A stretch of DNA of 64,000 bases. It comes from Camelus ferus. Lineage: Eukaryota. A program made the translations under genes and the position numbers. Below, piece by piece: positions 50,907-63,134 of this stretch. Numbering within the stretch: position 1 is the first letter of the stretch; every line of letters begins with the position of its first letter. The stretch is from positions 29,762,001 through 29,826,000 of the forward strand of contig NC_045696.1 in NCBI RefSeq assembly GCF_009834535.1. Direction: 5' to 3'. Below the pieces are notes generated by a model. The model was not told where the DNA came from. It saw only the letters and a program-made list of their open reading frames with translations, and did no database searches.

Positions 50907-53900
50907 ACTAGAGAGGACTGCAGAATTCAAGGGAGAGGAAAGCAAAGACCCAAACTAGCACTAGGGAAAAGAGGGGTTTTGGCATGAGTCTATGCAGGTG
51001 TGTGTTGTGTGCCTGTGTGCATGTTGTATATGGTCTAGGGTTAAAGGGTTAATATGTTTTGGGATCTAATTGGAAGTGAATGATGTGGCTGGGATGTGTA
51101 GGAATGTTGACGGATCTATGCATTTGGTACATAAATGAATGTTGCTGTGACCGGTAGATGTTTTGTAGCTTCCAAAAGCCTCCCCTTTATTCTCTATATT
51201 AGCAGGACTTGGCTGCTTTAGAATTTAAGAAATTCTCATAGGGGTTTTCTTATTTTTATTATTCTGCTAAACCAGCAGGGAGAAGTCACACATTACTTTT
51301 TGGTGGGCTTTAGGAACATTTCTTCAGACTTTTTCTTAAAAAGGTCTATCTTCTTGCTAAAATACTTAAATAATTTAAGATGGAGTGCTGATAGTTATGA
51401 TTCTCATAAATATACTTGTATCAAGTGTATTAAGTGTATTCTTAAAGAGCAACCTTAAACTGTTGTTTCTTATATTTTTTCTAATTAAAAAAAGATGTAA
51501 CACCCCCAATATTCTTGGTAAAAAATTGCCTTTTTGTTGATGATGTTCATAGTGCTTCCAAATTGTTACCTCCATTTGTGATATAAGAAACTCATTTGCT
51601 GAATTTAAATGATAATGCGAAAAGTAAAGGAAAATCTCTTGGTCAGTTTTTCGTGCTAAAAGCAAATTATTTTGATATTTGCTACTGTATTCTTCATCTA
51701 CATTTTTGCAGTTTAAAAATGTCTAATAGAAAAGGAAACATTTTAAATTTTAAGATACAGATAAGAATAGCTCTTTGCCAACACAAAACAATGTGGGGAC
51801 TCTGGCTATTGTTTTTGAGAATATAAGAGCTGATTGCATCATATTGTGTGTGTTCTGTAGGAAAAACACTGTAATGCTTACATGGCTAGTAATGGGATGA
51901 TCAAAGTCAATATATTGTGCAGTTTTGAGTGACATGGGAGGATAACACCATTACTCTTTGTATTTTAGTCTCTGTGCTAAGTTAATCATGTTCACTGTTC
52001 CATCATCAATTGTCATTCACTCATTCTGTAAAATGTGAGCATCTGCATTTAATGTTATTGTATTGTTTCTGTTTACTACAGCTGGTTGCAATAGACTCAA
52101 ATGACAATTTTGCAGCTACACATAAAAGGTCACAAAAATAAACATTCAAAATAGAAACATCTTACTTTGCAACAAGTATACAATCTGAGTGAGATATTGA
52201 AAGTTATAAAAATTGAAATGAGTTTATCACATTTACTTAAACTCATCTATTTGTAAGGTACTGTACATTTTTTAAAGTAAATGGCTAGGTAACATTTACC
52301 TTTGAAATCATAAATTCTCAATCGTTATGATTCTTCCATATTGCTAATTACACATAAATATTTTTAAATTACAGAGAAAGAGAATAGAAAATAATGCTCA
52401 CATTATTAATAAATATGAAAAAATATACAAAAGAATAACTATGAAATAAAATTCAGATTAAGAAATAGAACAGAAAGTATTTTAAATGACATTTACTAGA
52501 AAAAAGTATAGAATTAGTATATTGCATATTTTGAAAGCTTTTATTATTCTACACACATACACACAAACATACCTGTTAAAGTGCAGACAAAAAAAAAAAT
52601 TGTAGTTGGAGAGCAAGCAGAATGAAATGGTGACAAGATAGCTATACTTCCAAACCTGTATCTTTCATCACCAGGATGTCTTCAAAAGTGTTAAAGCAAA
52701 AGCATACCTAGTAATTAGCTCTCAGAAGAATATCCTTGAATGCTATTGAATTGAAGTCACAAATGACTCATGGACTAGGAATAAAATAATTATTTTCTTT
52801 CATCGATAGAATACTGAGTTATGAGCCTTTCCTTTCACTGCTGGGGTTACAATTTTAGCCCTTCTATTCTGGAAGGAGTGGGTTTTTTTCCTAAAGTTTT
52901 ATAAATTTTAAAGCTGTGGGAACACAGCAGTTAGATGTTAAGTCCAGTGCAAACCAGATCTGGATTAGTTATGTTCATTGACTAAAAATAATGAAAAAGT
53001 ATCAATAATCTTAAGAGCGTGGCAAAAAGATAACACAGAATAAATGAGACCAAGAACCAAATAAGATATCTAAATATACTGACAAATCTGGGGCAGAACA
53101 ATGAGAGGCAAGTTAGTCTACTAGTTAGATTCCATGTTTTTTAACAGTAAGGTTTATGACAGTCATATCCATGTCCTCACCTGCTATTCCAAGAATAACT
53201 GCCATATAATAGTTACTAAATAAATGTTTTTACAATAGTTAGGTTTCCTTTCCATTTATTTAGCTTTTAAAATTTAAATGTAATCATAAAAATCACCCCA
53301 TTTTTAGCTCTGCTGTTTGGAGATCTGACAAAACTGATATTACAATAAACATGATATGATATATGGTAGACTCAAATGCATGGGTTGCATATTATCCAAG
53401 AGTCATTTCAATTTCCTGTCACTTTATGTTGTTATTTGTATTATTTTTGTGTTAAGTCTCATGGTAACTTAGGAGCAGTTACACAATCTTAGAAAAAAGG
53501 AATGCTAATGCTCTTGGCTTAAGATGTTCACTTGCATTTAGTATTACAGAAATTTACATGTTGGGATTAAGTGGCTGAAGTTCAAGTGTATAAGAAAAAA
53601 ATGGAAATAATGCAACCTACTGCAATCATATTGTGCCAATATTCAGGCAGGGCACAGAGGAAAGACACAACAGGTTTTGAAACCAATCAAATTAATCACA
53701 GCCTAAACTGGGAAATAAAGAGGCAAAGATTGCTGCTCATCAGATCATGCTGTGATGATGAAGGAAACAGATCTGATCATTTGATTATGGGGCTATAGCT
53801 ACAGAATTGTGGAAACACTTTCCGAGTAGCTAACTTCTGGTAATGTGTGGGTATTTCTGTAGCTTGGAAGCATGAATTGAATCTCTCTTATGTACGTTTG

Positions 53901-54419
53901 TATGTTTTAAGGTGAGGGCCCCAAATACAGCCAAAACTGTACAAGTCTCACATCAAGCAACAATTTATGATGCACAGAAAACAATACAGGAGAAGGAGCT
54001 AACAGTGGGAAATTGAAAACCAGAGTATCAGAGTCGAAGCTCTTGAAGTATATGAGTCAGAGACCTATAAATACAATTGTAAGCCCCTGATTTTCATTTT
54101 ACTTTCATGCTGACCACTTAAAGACTTTTTTTGGGTCAATATTCATCTAGTTCTATTCATCCACTTCAGGGAGATAATTTGAGTGTCTGGAATACTGGCC
54201 AAGGACAGGCAAAGAAGTTGAGTAAATCCAGCTCTGTTTTCCTGTCAACTCTTACTTGCTTTCTCCTTGAGTTCAATGGTGCCATCTAAAGAAACCTCTG
54301 AATGACATGACATGTTTGTTGATAATAAGTATTTACCTTTATGATGAAGTGATGGTGGGTAATACTAGCCTCTAAGGAATTCTGAACCCAGACTTTGTGA
54401 AATATATTAAGGTTGAATT

Positions 54420-54660
54420 ACTGGGACATAGCAAAACAGAGTATCTCTTTGAAATGAAGTCAAGTTTTATTGAAGTATCAGATCAAACACTGTCTGTGTG
54501 ACTTTGGACACTGCTTATCTTTTTTCCTCAGTTTCCTTATTTATAAAAAGGTGTTAACATCTACTTCATATTGTCACTGTAAAGATAATGAAGTGATATA
54601 TGTGACTCCTTCCGGAAACACCTGACCTGTCAGATGCTTAATTGGCTAACAGCTATTTCT
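54420..54660 (+). mobile_element. MIR SINE
   Basis: 'ctgtgtgactttggaca...cctcagtttccttatttataaaa...catctacttcata'. Confidence 0.8.
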
Positions 54661-55164
54661 ATAGCCCACAAGATTCTCTTCACTAACTATTTAAAATATT
54701 CATCATTTGGAATTGGATGATGTCTTCAAACATAGGTGATATCAAATACATTTTCATACTTTCTGCCTTAAAAATATGATAGAAAATAAGTTACCACTAG
54801 GGAAATATTGGTAGTTCACAAAGTTTTCAAGTCTTCAAAGTCTGAATATTTTGGGGCACCAAATTACATAAGTCAAGACAAGTACTTGTTCTGTATTTTA
54901 ATGAGTGAAACTGATATCATAACTTTTTAATGTAATGTTTTTTCATGGTTCCTGTCACTGTGAAAACCAAGTGTTCAAAGAAATACATTTAAAAAAGAAA
55001 TGGATATGTGAATGCTTTTGGTCCCCACTCTCTTCTAGCTATGACAGACAAAGTGAGGGATGAAAGAAGACCTCATTATTTTGAAAAAATGACACCTTAA
55101 ATTAAAATGGCATTGTTCTCTTCCTTTCTTAGAAGTTCCTTTTACAGCAAAAGCTAAACACCTC

Positions 55165-55445
55165 ATATGGGTTGAATTTTGTCCCCCTAAATTTATATGT
55201 TGAAGCCTTAACTCCCTGTACCACAGAATGTGACCTTACTTAGAAATATGGTCATTGCAAATGTAATTAATATGATGTCATACTGAGTAGAATGGGTCCT
55301 AATCCAATATGACCAATGTCCTTTTAAAAAGGGGAAATTTGCACACAGACATACACATAGGGAAAACACCATATGAACAAGAAGACAGAAACTGGGGTGA
55401 TGCTTCTACAGATAAAGGAATGCCAAAGATTGCCAGAAAACCAAG
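55165..55445 (+). mobile_element. MaLR LTR 5' part, MLT1B/C-like
   Basis: 'tatgggttgaattttgtcccc...cagaatgtgaccttacttagaaata...taatccaatatgac...aaggaatgccaaagattgccag'. Confidence 0.9.
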
Positions 55446-55475
55446 TGCAAGTTCTGGGGAATTGTATATAAGCCT

Positions 55476-56049
55476 ATATTAAGCTTCTATTGCTGAGAAA
55501 TAAATTAACACAATATAGGAGTTTAAAATAACACAAATTTGTTATCTAACAGTGTATGTGAGTCAGGGATCCAGACACAGGTAAGCTGTAGCCTCTGCAT
55601 AGTTTCTCACAAGGCTTCAATCAAAGTATTAGCTAGGCTGTGTTCTCATCTGGAGGCTTGATGAAGGAAGAATCTAATGCTAAGCTCCTTGAGGTTCTTT
55701 GCAGAATTCTTTTCCTTGTGCTTGTATGACTCAAGTCTCTGTTTTTGCTAGTTGTTGGCTGGGGGCTTTCTCCGTTCTTAGGAGCTACTGTCTACTCCTT
55801 GCTAGGTGCTCTCCTCCACAGTCAGTTCACAGCAGGACTGTTTTTTTCCAAGATTTGCAGGAGAATCTTTTTTGGGCTGTGCTGCTAAGACAGAGTCATA
55901 TAATGTAAGGTAATCATGGGAGTAACATGCCATCACCTTTGCCAAATTCTATTGGTTAGATTAATTCACAGTTTTGACCCACACTCAAGGGGAGTTAATT
56001 GCACAAGGACAAAACTAATTGGGGGGTTACCTGAGGATGAGTTGACCAC
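55476..56049 (-). mobile_element. MaLR LTR, MLT1E-like
   Basis: 'ttctattgctg...tctcacaaggcttcaatcaaag...tcatctggaggcttga...catcacctttgccaaattctattggttaga...cccacactcaagggga...accaca'. Confidence 0.88.
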
Positions 56050-58004
56050 AATACCTAAAAAATAAAATATCTTTTTTTTAGTAATGAGAAAGCATGATCA
56101 GCCTTAATATGCATACACACATTCAACTAGAGAAGCAGATCAGCTGCTCTGCTAGACAATAATTTATGGCATTACAGAGGCTGCAACTCTGTAATAAGCT
56201 CTGAAGACAAAGATATAAAGTTGTATTTACCCGTAGAAGATTAACTAGTGCAAACACTGCCATTCTTCAAACGGCCTTGGTTTTTAATTTTTTTTCAAGC
56301 TATGATTGAATTTACTATCATCTTTTATACAGACTAAAGATACATTTAAATACTCTGTAGTACACCTGAATTAAAGTAAATGCTTATAATTATATGGGAA
56401 AGAAAAATAAAAATATTTTAAATTTATAAGTTTGAAAAGAAGGAAAAACATAATTGACCAGAATTATTAATGTATTTTTAATTAACTAGTTCTTTCAACA
56501 AGAGATATAACTAAATATAGCTAAGAAAGTGTCAATTATATTAATGTTTAGATGAATTGGGGGGATTTTAATTAAATATAACTGAGAAATATTTTCAAAG
56601 TCCTAGGTTTATTTATCCTGAAAAATATTAGATATTATGATTCGGTTATGGACATATATTACAAGTTTAATTGCATTCCAGTTAATGCTATGGTACACAG
56701 GTATACATTCAATAGATAACAAGAAAAATATTTCAAAATTTAACTTCAAGTTATATATGATCTAATTCTATTATAAAGTGATGGACTATGTTCTCCCACT
56801 TTTTGTATCTTTAGGTTTGTAAAGCTCTTTTGAAGTTATATAATGATTATATTGATTATTAGATTAAATAGATATTCTGCAGAGTTAAATTAAAACATAC
56901 ATATTGTATAAGAAGGTCAATCAGCAAGGATTGCTTTCTAAATTTTATGTCCCCTGACAGCCATCAGGCAGCGAGCAGAAAAATGCATTTTTGAAGCCAT
57001 GGAGTCTTCAGTTTTTATCTCTGACATTACATTGAGACTCGACAGATGGAAGCCCAGCAGCAGACATGCAAAGTGGATGCCAAATGAGGCACATATACAT
57101 AGCAGAGTGGTGCCCTACCCAGGTGGTCCTCTTCTCCTTTCCAGAACCTTTAACATGGCTCACTCCAAACTTGACTATGCTGTAGCAATATTGACACGTT
57201 CTTCAGTCATTGGTGAATGTCAGTGGGGTCTTGGCTCTCTGCATATGGAACTTTAGCATGCTCTCTGCTCTGTACATATGTCCAAGTTGGCAGCCAGTTG
57301 GCATGGCTGCTGATGTGTCTCTATCTGTCAGATCCCCTCATCACCTTTGGGATGGAGATAGACGATATGAGTATGTCAGCAAAAATGTTACCATTGGCTG
57401 TGGAAAGATGTCCAGGGAAATAAAAACTGGGAGATATTTTAGAAGAGACCTGGCAAATTATCTTTATCATTTAACCAAGTATCTGCTTATCTTTTGGAAT
57501 ACAGGGACAATCCAATTAAAATAGGAAAAACTTCAGGACAGTTTTAGCTAAGACTTCAAATAGTCTTTAATAATTAATGACTAAAACACACCTTGTGCAA
57601 CTGAGCCAAAGAGAGTATAGATTGAGCTTATAGAAGACTAGAATGTGTTTTCCTAACACAATATCAGGCAGGGTATTTTTTTAAAAATGTAATAACCAAT
57701 CTTTTAATAGATTAAATTCCAATAATAGATTATTACACGAAACAGAATCATGTAGATGTTCTAAATATACATGGTAATCAGTTTTCAGACATTTTTAGAA
57801 TGACATGTTTATTTCTACATTCACATACACATATGAATACACTTCCCATTTGTCCTACCCAATGCCCAGCTGTTAATTGAAGCCACCTGAATCATTTTGC
57901 TTTAAATTTATCAAGTAACCTTGACATAATTGTTTGAAATGGTTCCATTTAAAATTAACTTCTCCATCATCTTTTAATTTCAGTGATGTTAATCTTTAAT
58001 TCCT

Positions 58005-58290
58005 ACGTTCATTCATCCATCCATTCATACCAACAAATATTTACTGGACTCATTATCTCCTGTCCAGCCCTTTAAGCAGTTCCTCTGACTATGTTCCTTA
58101 GTTAATTTCATGGAATCACTAGCCACTCACCCACTCATTCTCTTGAGACAAATACTTGAGAATCATTCTTGATTTTTTCCTCTCACTGACCTCTCACATG
58201 TAATCAGTTCTTATTCTTCTTAATTCTATTTCCTAAATATCACAGATTGGCCATTCTATTTCCAATGCCAGCAGCAGTACTCCTTTCCTG
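58005..58290. mobile_element. L2 fragments
   Basis: 'ttcattcatccatccattcataccaacaaatatttactg' (antisense 3' end) followed by sense 'gagaatcattcttgatt...tctatttcctaaatatc'. Confidence 0.6.
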
Positions 58291-58904
58291 TGTATTTAAA
58301 TGACCATGAATGGACTGTGTAACCTAGACTTTGGGAAGTACACCAGTGTCAGCCTATTTCATAATGGTAGGAATGCATTTTTCACAAAGGAGAGAAATAC
58401 TATAATCTTTAATCATCTTGGGGAGATTAAGTATGGGGTAGTAAGAACAGAGACTGGGATGATTGTCTAGGGAAGGAGATTTTCCTTTTGCATCAGAGTG
58501 ATGGTGGCAGACAACTGTGTCTCACTTTTAGATGTGGAAAAGTTGTGAAAATGTTTTTTCTAAAAGTAAACTTATCCTATTTCAATGACACTCCTGAGTT
58601 AGGAATGAAAGCCTTAAACCTTGACTTTTCTGTGGTGTTCTTGACAGCATAGCAATAACAGAAGAGAGTAGCCTGAATCCAGGACAATGTCTCTGGTCTA
58701 TTGCAGGTCAAGGGGAATTTCCTGAGTTCTGCTCTGAGGGGTGAGGAAAAAAAAAAAAAAAACAAATAATAATCATTTTTAGATTTTAAGGCACAATAAA
58801 GGAAGGGAGAACTTGAAGGAAGACTGTACTTTCTATTTACCTAGGCAAGCACTGACTGTGGATCTTGACATCAGTCATCATTGGTTGAGTCCTCTGTGAT
58901 CCCA

Positions 58905-59130
58905 GTATAATTTAGTGGTTATAAACACGAGATCTGATCGATTCTGTGGGCTTGAATTTGGATCCTCTTGATCTTTAGCAAATAATTTAACTTCTCTAGG
59001 TCTCAATTCCTTCATATAAAAAAGAGATAATAATAATAATGATAATACTTATCTTGTGATAGTGTGGTGAGGTTTAATTGAGATAATACACATAGATATT
59101 TAGAACAGCGTTTGCCATAGAAGTAATAAG
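58905..59130 (+). mobile_element. MIR SINE
   Basis: 'tagtggttataaacac...gcaaataatttaacttctctaggtctcaattccttcatat...gtgaggtttaattgagataatac'. Confidence 0.85.
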
Positions 59131-59174
59131 AAGATGGAAGAGATATGTTAGTTACAACTGTATTTCAGACAAAA

Positions 59175-59760
59175 TAACTGGAAGTGTAACTTCTACTGAC
59201 TTTACTTCCACATCCTATATGCTTCCAGATTGCCCTCTCTGACCCATGCTCCAGCACTGCTAACAGAATTGCCAGAATGTGCTGTTTAAAACCAGAATTG
59301 ATCATGCCATTCCCCAAGTTAGCTTTCTTCAGGCACTTTTCACAGCTTTTGGGTTAGACCAAAATTTCTCACCACAGAATGTAATGAAGGTGACCGTATG
59401 ATTTATCATCTAAGCTTAAGAGTGAAAGTTTGCAGTATTCATAATCACTTTGGAACAACAGGCATAACTCAGCAACAGGGACTTATGGCTGCTATCGGTA
59501 TAAAGTCTTTCTGTGGCCTGGTCTCCAACCTTACCAGCTAATTTCCTGGTTCTGGTACTGGGTGACTGCAGCCATCCAGATTCCCCAGCAGTCCCTGAAC
59601 TGTCATGTTTCTCTCTGCCTTTGAATATGCAGCTGTTAAAATTCTCACTCTCTTCTCTCCATTCTTGTACCAGAATTTTACCTGTTGTTTTAAGCCATTG
59701 CTGAATTCTGGACATCTCTCTCTTCTCGTGAATTCTGAGCCATTTGTGTGCTTATGTGTA
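59175..59760 (+). mobile_element. L2 fragment
   Basis: 'ccagcactgctaacagaa...gatcatgccattcccc...tttctctctgcctttgaatatgc'. Confidence 0.6.
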
Positions 59761-59789
59761 ATATGACTCGAGCTTATCTTTATCATTAT

Positions 59790-60050
59790 AATAACAAAAA
59801 ATAATGATAATAGTTACCAGGTATATAACATCTTTGATCCCAGGCATACTGGTACCAGGACAGGTGCCTTATGTATGCTTTCTCTAAACTAGCCTTAAAA
59901 GTATACATATATTTTCTGAAGTTTAAAGATAAAGAAACTGAAGCCTATGGAGGTTAAGTGACTTACTGGGGCCCACACAGCTAATAAGTGGCAGAGGTAA
60001 TATTCAAGTTCAGATAGATCTATATTTAAGCCCATCTTTTCACCAAATTG
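59790..60050 (-). mobile_element. MIR SINE
   Basis: 'aagataaagaaactgaagcctatggaggttaagtgacttac...cacacagctaataagtggcagag'. Confidence 0.88.
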
Positions 60051-61259
60051 CCCTCTCATCAAAACAGTTATTACAAATAATTCTAATCAACATACGTGTT
60101 GTCTCTTTCCCTACCTTATAGATTTCTTGAAGGGTAATACTATTACTTATTCATTTTTTCTTTTAAATTTCCTGTACTTTTTTCAGTGTTTGGCACACAC
60201 ACACATGACAGTTGTTTGATAGATGTGTAGATCATCAGGTCTTGACCAATTCAGTGATAGTGAACAATAAGTTCCTTTCAGTTCAAAGACATCCTTCCCA
60301 AGTTTTCTGCCTTCAGACACACGCCTCAACCTTGGGGCTTTGGTTCTCATATCTCGGTCAACCACCTAGCAAGATCCTGTGAGCCTAAAACCAGCACTGG
60401 ATCAAAATATTTGCAGAAAATTAAGGCAAATTTACACATAAGACAGGCACAAAGGCTTCATAGAGGTTGCTGGATCAGGGAAACAAAACATTTACTATAC
60501 AATACAATTTTATGTAAAGATTGCCTCCATTTTGTTTCAGAATCAACCAGAAACCTTTTTTTTTTTTTTTCAACAACTTGCTGAGATCATTAAGGAGATG
60601 GCAATTGTGATAAGAATAGGAGGAGGAAGAATGAGAGGTAATTTTGGAGCATAAGGTTACTGTGGAGGAGGCCAGGTCTTAATGGGATTTTAAAGCAGGG
60701 GACTTTGGATAGCTTGACGACAGTATGGCAAGACTGACAGTGTGGAGGCACGGAGAGCCTGGTGATTTGGGGAAGGGAGTATCAGCTCATGAAAAAGAGG
60801 CGGTGGCACAGAAAAGAGTTTAATAAGTAGCACCCTAGATAATCCTTACCGTTCAGTTTTGTTTTGGACTAGTCCTGACCTCCTGTGAAAACACAGGTGC
60901 AAAATGAATCTGCCACTTGACTCACGTGCCTGTCAACTTCAGGGTGACTGCTTCGTACCAGATAGGGCACTTCACAGATGTGAGTCCTTGCACAAGAGAA
61001 GGAAAACGGTGCAAGAGTACTTTATGACCTGTGCGGATGTGCATAAAGGGCCTGTGAGAATCGGTCACCCGTAATGTTTTGAGCTTAATATGTTAAACTC
61101 TTACTTGTGTCTCAACACAACGCAGAAATCGTCTCAGTTTGTTTTTCTGCTTCAGTTTTACCTATATTTATCTATATATGGAAAAAGACATGTAAAAATG
61201 AATGAGATACAACCCAACATTGGAAACATCCCAGTTTAGATGGCTCAAAGGTGACCTTC

Positions 61260-61700
61260 CATAAATGAGGGCTCAAATAGAGTCCTGAAGCCTGAATTCA
61301 ATTCTCAACTCTGCCATTATTGGCCATGGAACTGTGGTAGACCTCTGGGCCTTGTTGTGCCTCTAGTACCTTATGTTTTAATTGAGGACATTGTGCAGAA
61401 TAATTCCTAAAGGGCTTTTCAGGTTTACAAATTTTGTATTATTCTTACCAAAGGTAGAAATGCTAAAAGGGCATGGAATTTTGGAGTCAGCCAAATCTGA
61501 GTTAAAATCATCGAACTGCCACAAGGGCAACCTTGAGAAATTAATGTAGCCTCTCTATGGCTCATTTTTCATCTGTAAAATGGGAATCATATTGCTGACC
61601 TTGCAGGCTTGCAGTGGCCACCAAATGAGATCAAATGTGAAGCTGACAGCGAATCACTTGGTGTACAGAAGATACTGATAAATGGGGGTTATTATCAGGA
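61260..61700 (+). mobile_element. Two adjacent MIR/MIR3 SINEs
   Basis: 'cctgaattcaattctcaactctgccatta' and 'ttggagtcagccaaatctgagtt...ctcatttttcatctgtaaaatgggaatcata'. Confidence 0.75.
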
Positions 61701-61842
61701 TATTTTTATAGGCAGAGGGAAATCTCATTTCCTATGAGAGGCATGCCAAATGGGATGCTCAAGTTATTGTTTGCATCCCTCACCTGTGAAGGTGTCCATG
61801 AATTGAAATTAGCACTGTGTGTGAGCCTCAAGGGATTCAAGT

Positions 61843-61882
61843 GTTGCTAAGGCAACCACTAATTTCCAAATCGGGGTAAATA
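61843..61882. promoter_or_regulatory. RFX X-box motif with adjacent forkhead motif
   Basis: GTTGCTAAGGCAAC (61843-61856) and GTAAATA (61876-61882) in non-repetitive sequence. Confidence 0.45.
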
Positions 61883-62938
61883 TTTCCACAGAATGTACAG
61901 TTTCCTTTAACAAATTGTATTCCAGTGAAGGGGGCACCTTTCCTTCCCCTGCTGCTCTGTACCCAAGTCTGGGTTGTGCACCTGCAGCTCTGTGTGCCAG
62001 GGGCCGTTTTCATCTTCTGCCAACGACACTGGGAAGGTAACAGCCAGTAACAGAGATCCCTGAAGTCTGTCAGCTTCACCTAGTCTTTACCTTTTGTCCT
62101 TTGTCAAGTTTGAGTCACATTTCTTGACTCACACAGTAGGGCACTGAAACAGCTCCTTGGCACATTCATGTAATAGACTTCTAAGCAAAGATGCCATGCG
62201 GTTTGCAGTCATCTTGTTCTGCCTTCTCCTTCCCACCTCGCAACTATCCTCATTTTCCCTACTCACTCATATGAATTCCTGCCGAGAATGAACCTATTAT
62301 TAAGCCAGCATTGCTTCTCCTGCTACATTCTTATGTTAAATTAGTCCTCTTCATTGTTGCAAATAATAGGCAACCACTTATATATCAATGAAAATTCACT
62401 GCACTGCTATGGGATTATTTCAGTCCTTGATAAACGACACATTCCTACCATTGTTTATGATTTTAAGTGATTTGAAGTCTGTGTTGCTTTAATTTTAAAT
62501 CTTTTCTTTTAGAAGTAGTGACCAATCTTCCTCATATATTTAGCATATTTTTTCCTTGACTCCCTTAGAACAATGGATACTTAAACAGTGGCATCTTTTT
62601 TTGCAGTGATTCTTAGCGTTGGCTTCTGCTTTTGAATATGCCAGTAGCAAAGCATGAATACAATACTAAAAATTCAGGGAAGCATGTTAATTTGTTTCCT
62701 TAAGAATATGGAAGAGAATTTATGACTTTTTTTTCTGGTCAAGTCCTGAAGTCAGAAAAAGCCTCACTAGATTTTTTACAGCTCCCTTGGCCATTTACTT
62801 TCCTTGAGGTCCTACCTTGTCCCAGCCACAGTGTTAGGTCTCTCACACATACTGTCGCTCTTAGAACTTGAAATAACTGCAAAGTAGGGGTTATTATGTC
62901 CATTTTACTTATATGAAAACTGGTTAGGATTTACAAGA

Positions 62939-63058
62939 ATCTTACATTAATAGAGTATTCAGTCTGCAAAGGTCATATATATCTGCAATTTAAAAATATC
63001 TTACATTAAGAAAGTATTCTATCTGGAAAGCTCATCTATATCTGCAATGTACTAAAAT
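62939..63058 (+). repeat. Diverged tandem duplication, 59-bp period, 2 copies
   Basis: atcttacattaatagagtattcagtctgcaaaggtcatatatatctgcaat vs atcttacattaagaaagtattctatctggaaagctcatctatatctgcaat. Confidence 0.92.
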
Positions 63059-63134
63059 TCACTGATACAATCCACTAAGCAAAAACTTTCTCCCCATGCT
63101 TGGAGAAGAAGAATCAAAAAAAAAAAAATCACAA

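Noticed and set aside
53912..54046. Candidate exon 2 after 'gttttaag' for the 50900 donor
   Set aside because: Splicing gives an immediate stop in the MGPRNSPC frame and an early stop in the other; no good donor
61922..61938. CTCF-like ccagtgaagggggcacc
   Set aside because: 5' half of the consensus is out of register; weak match
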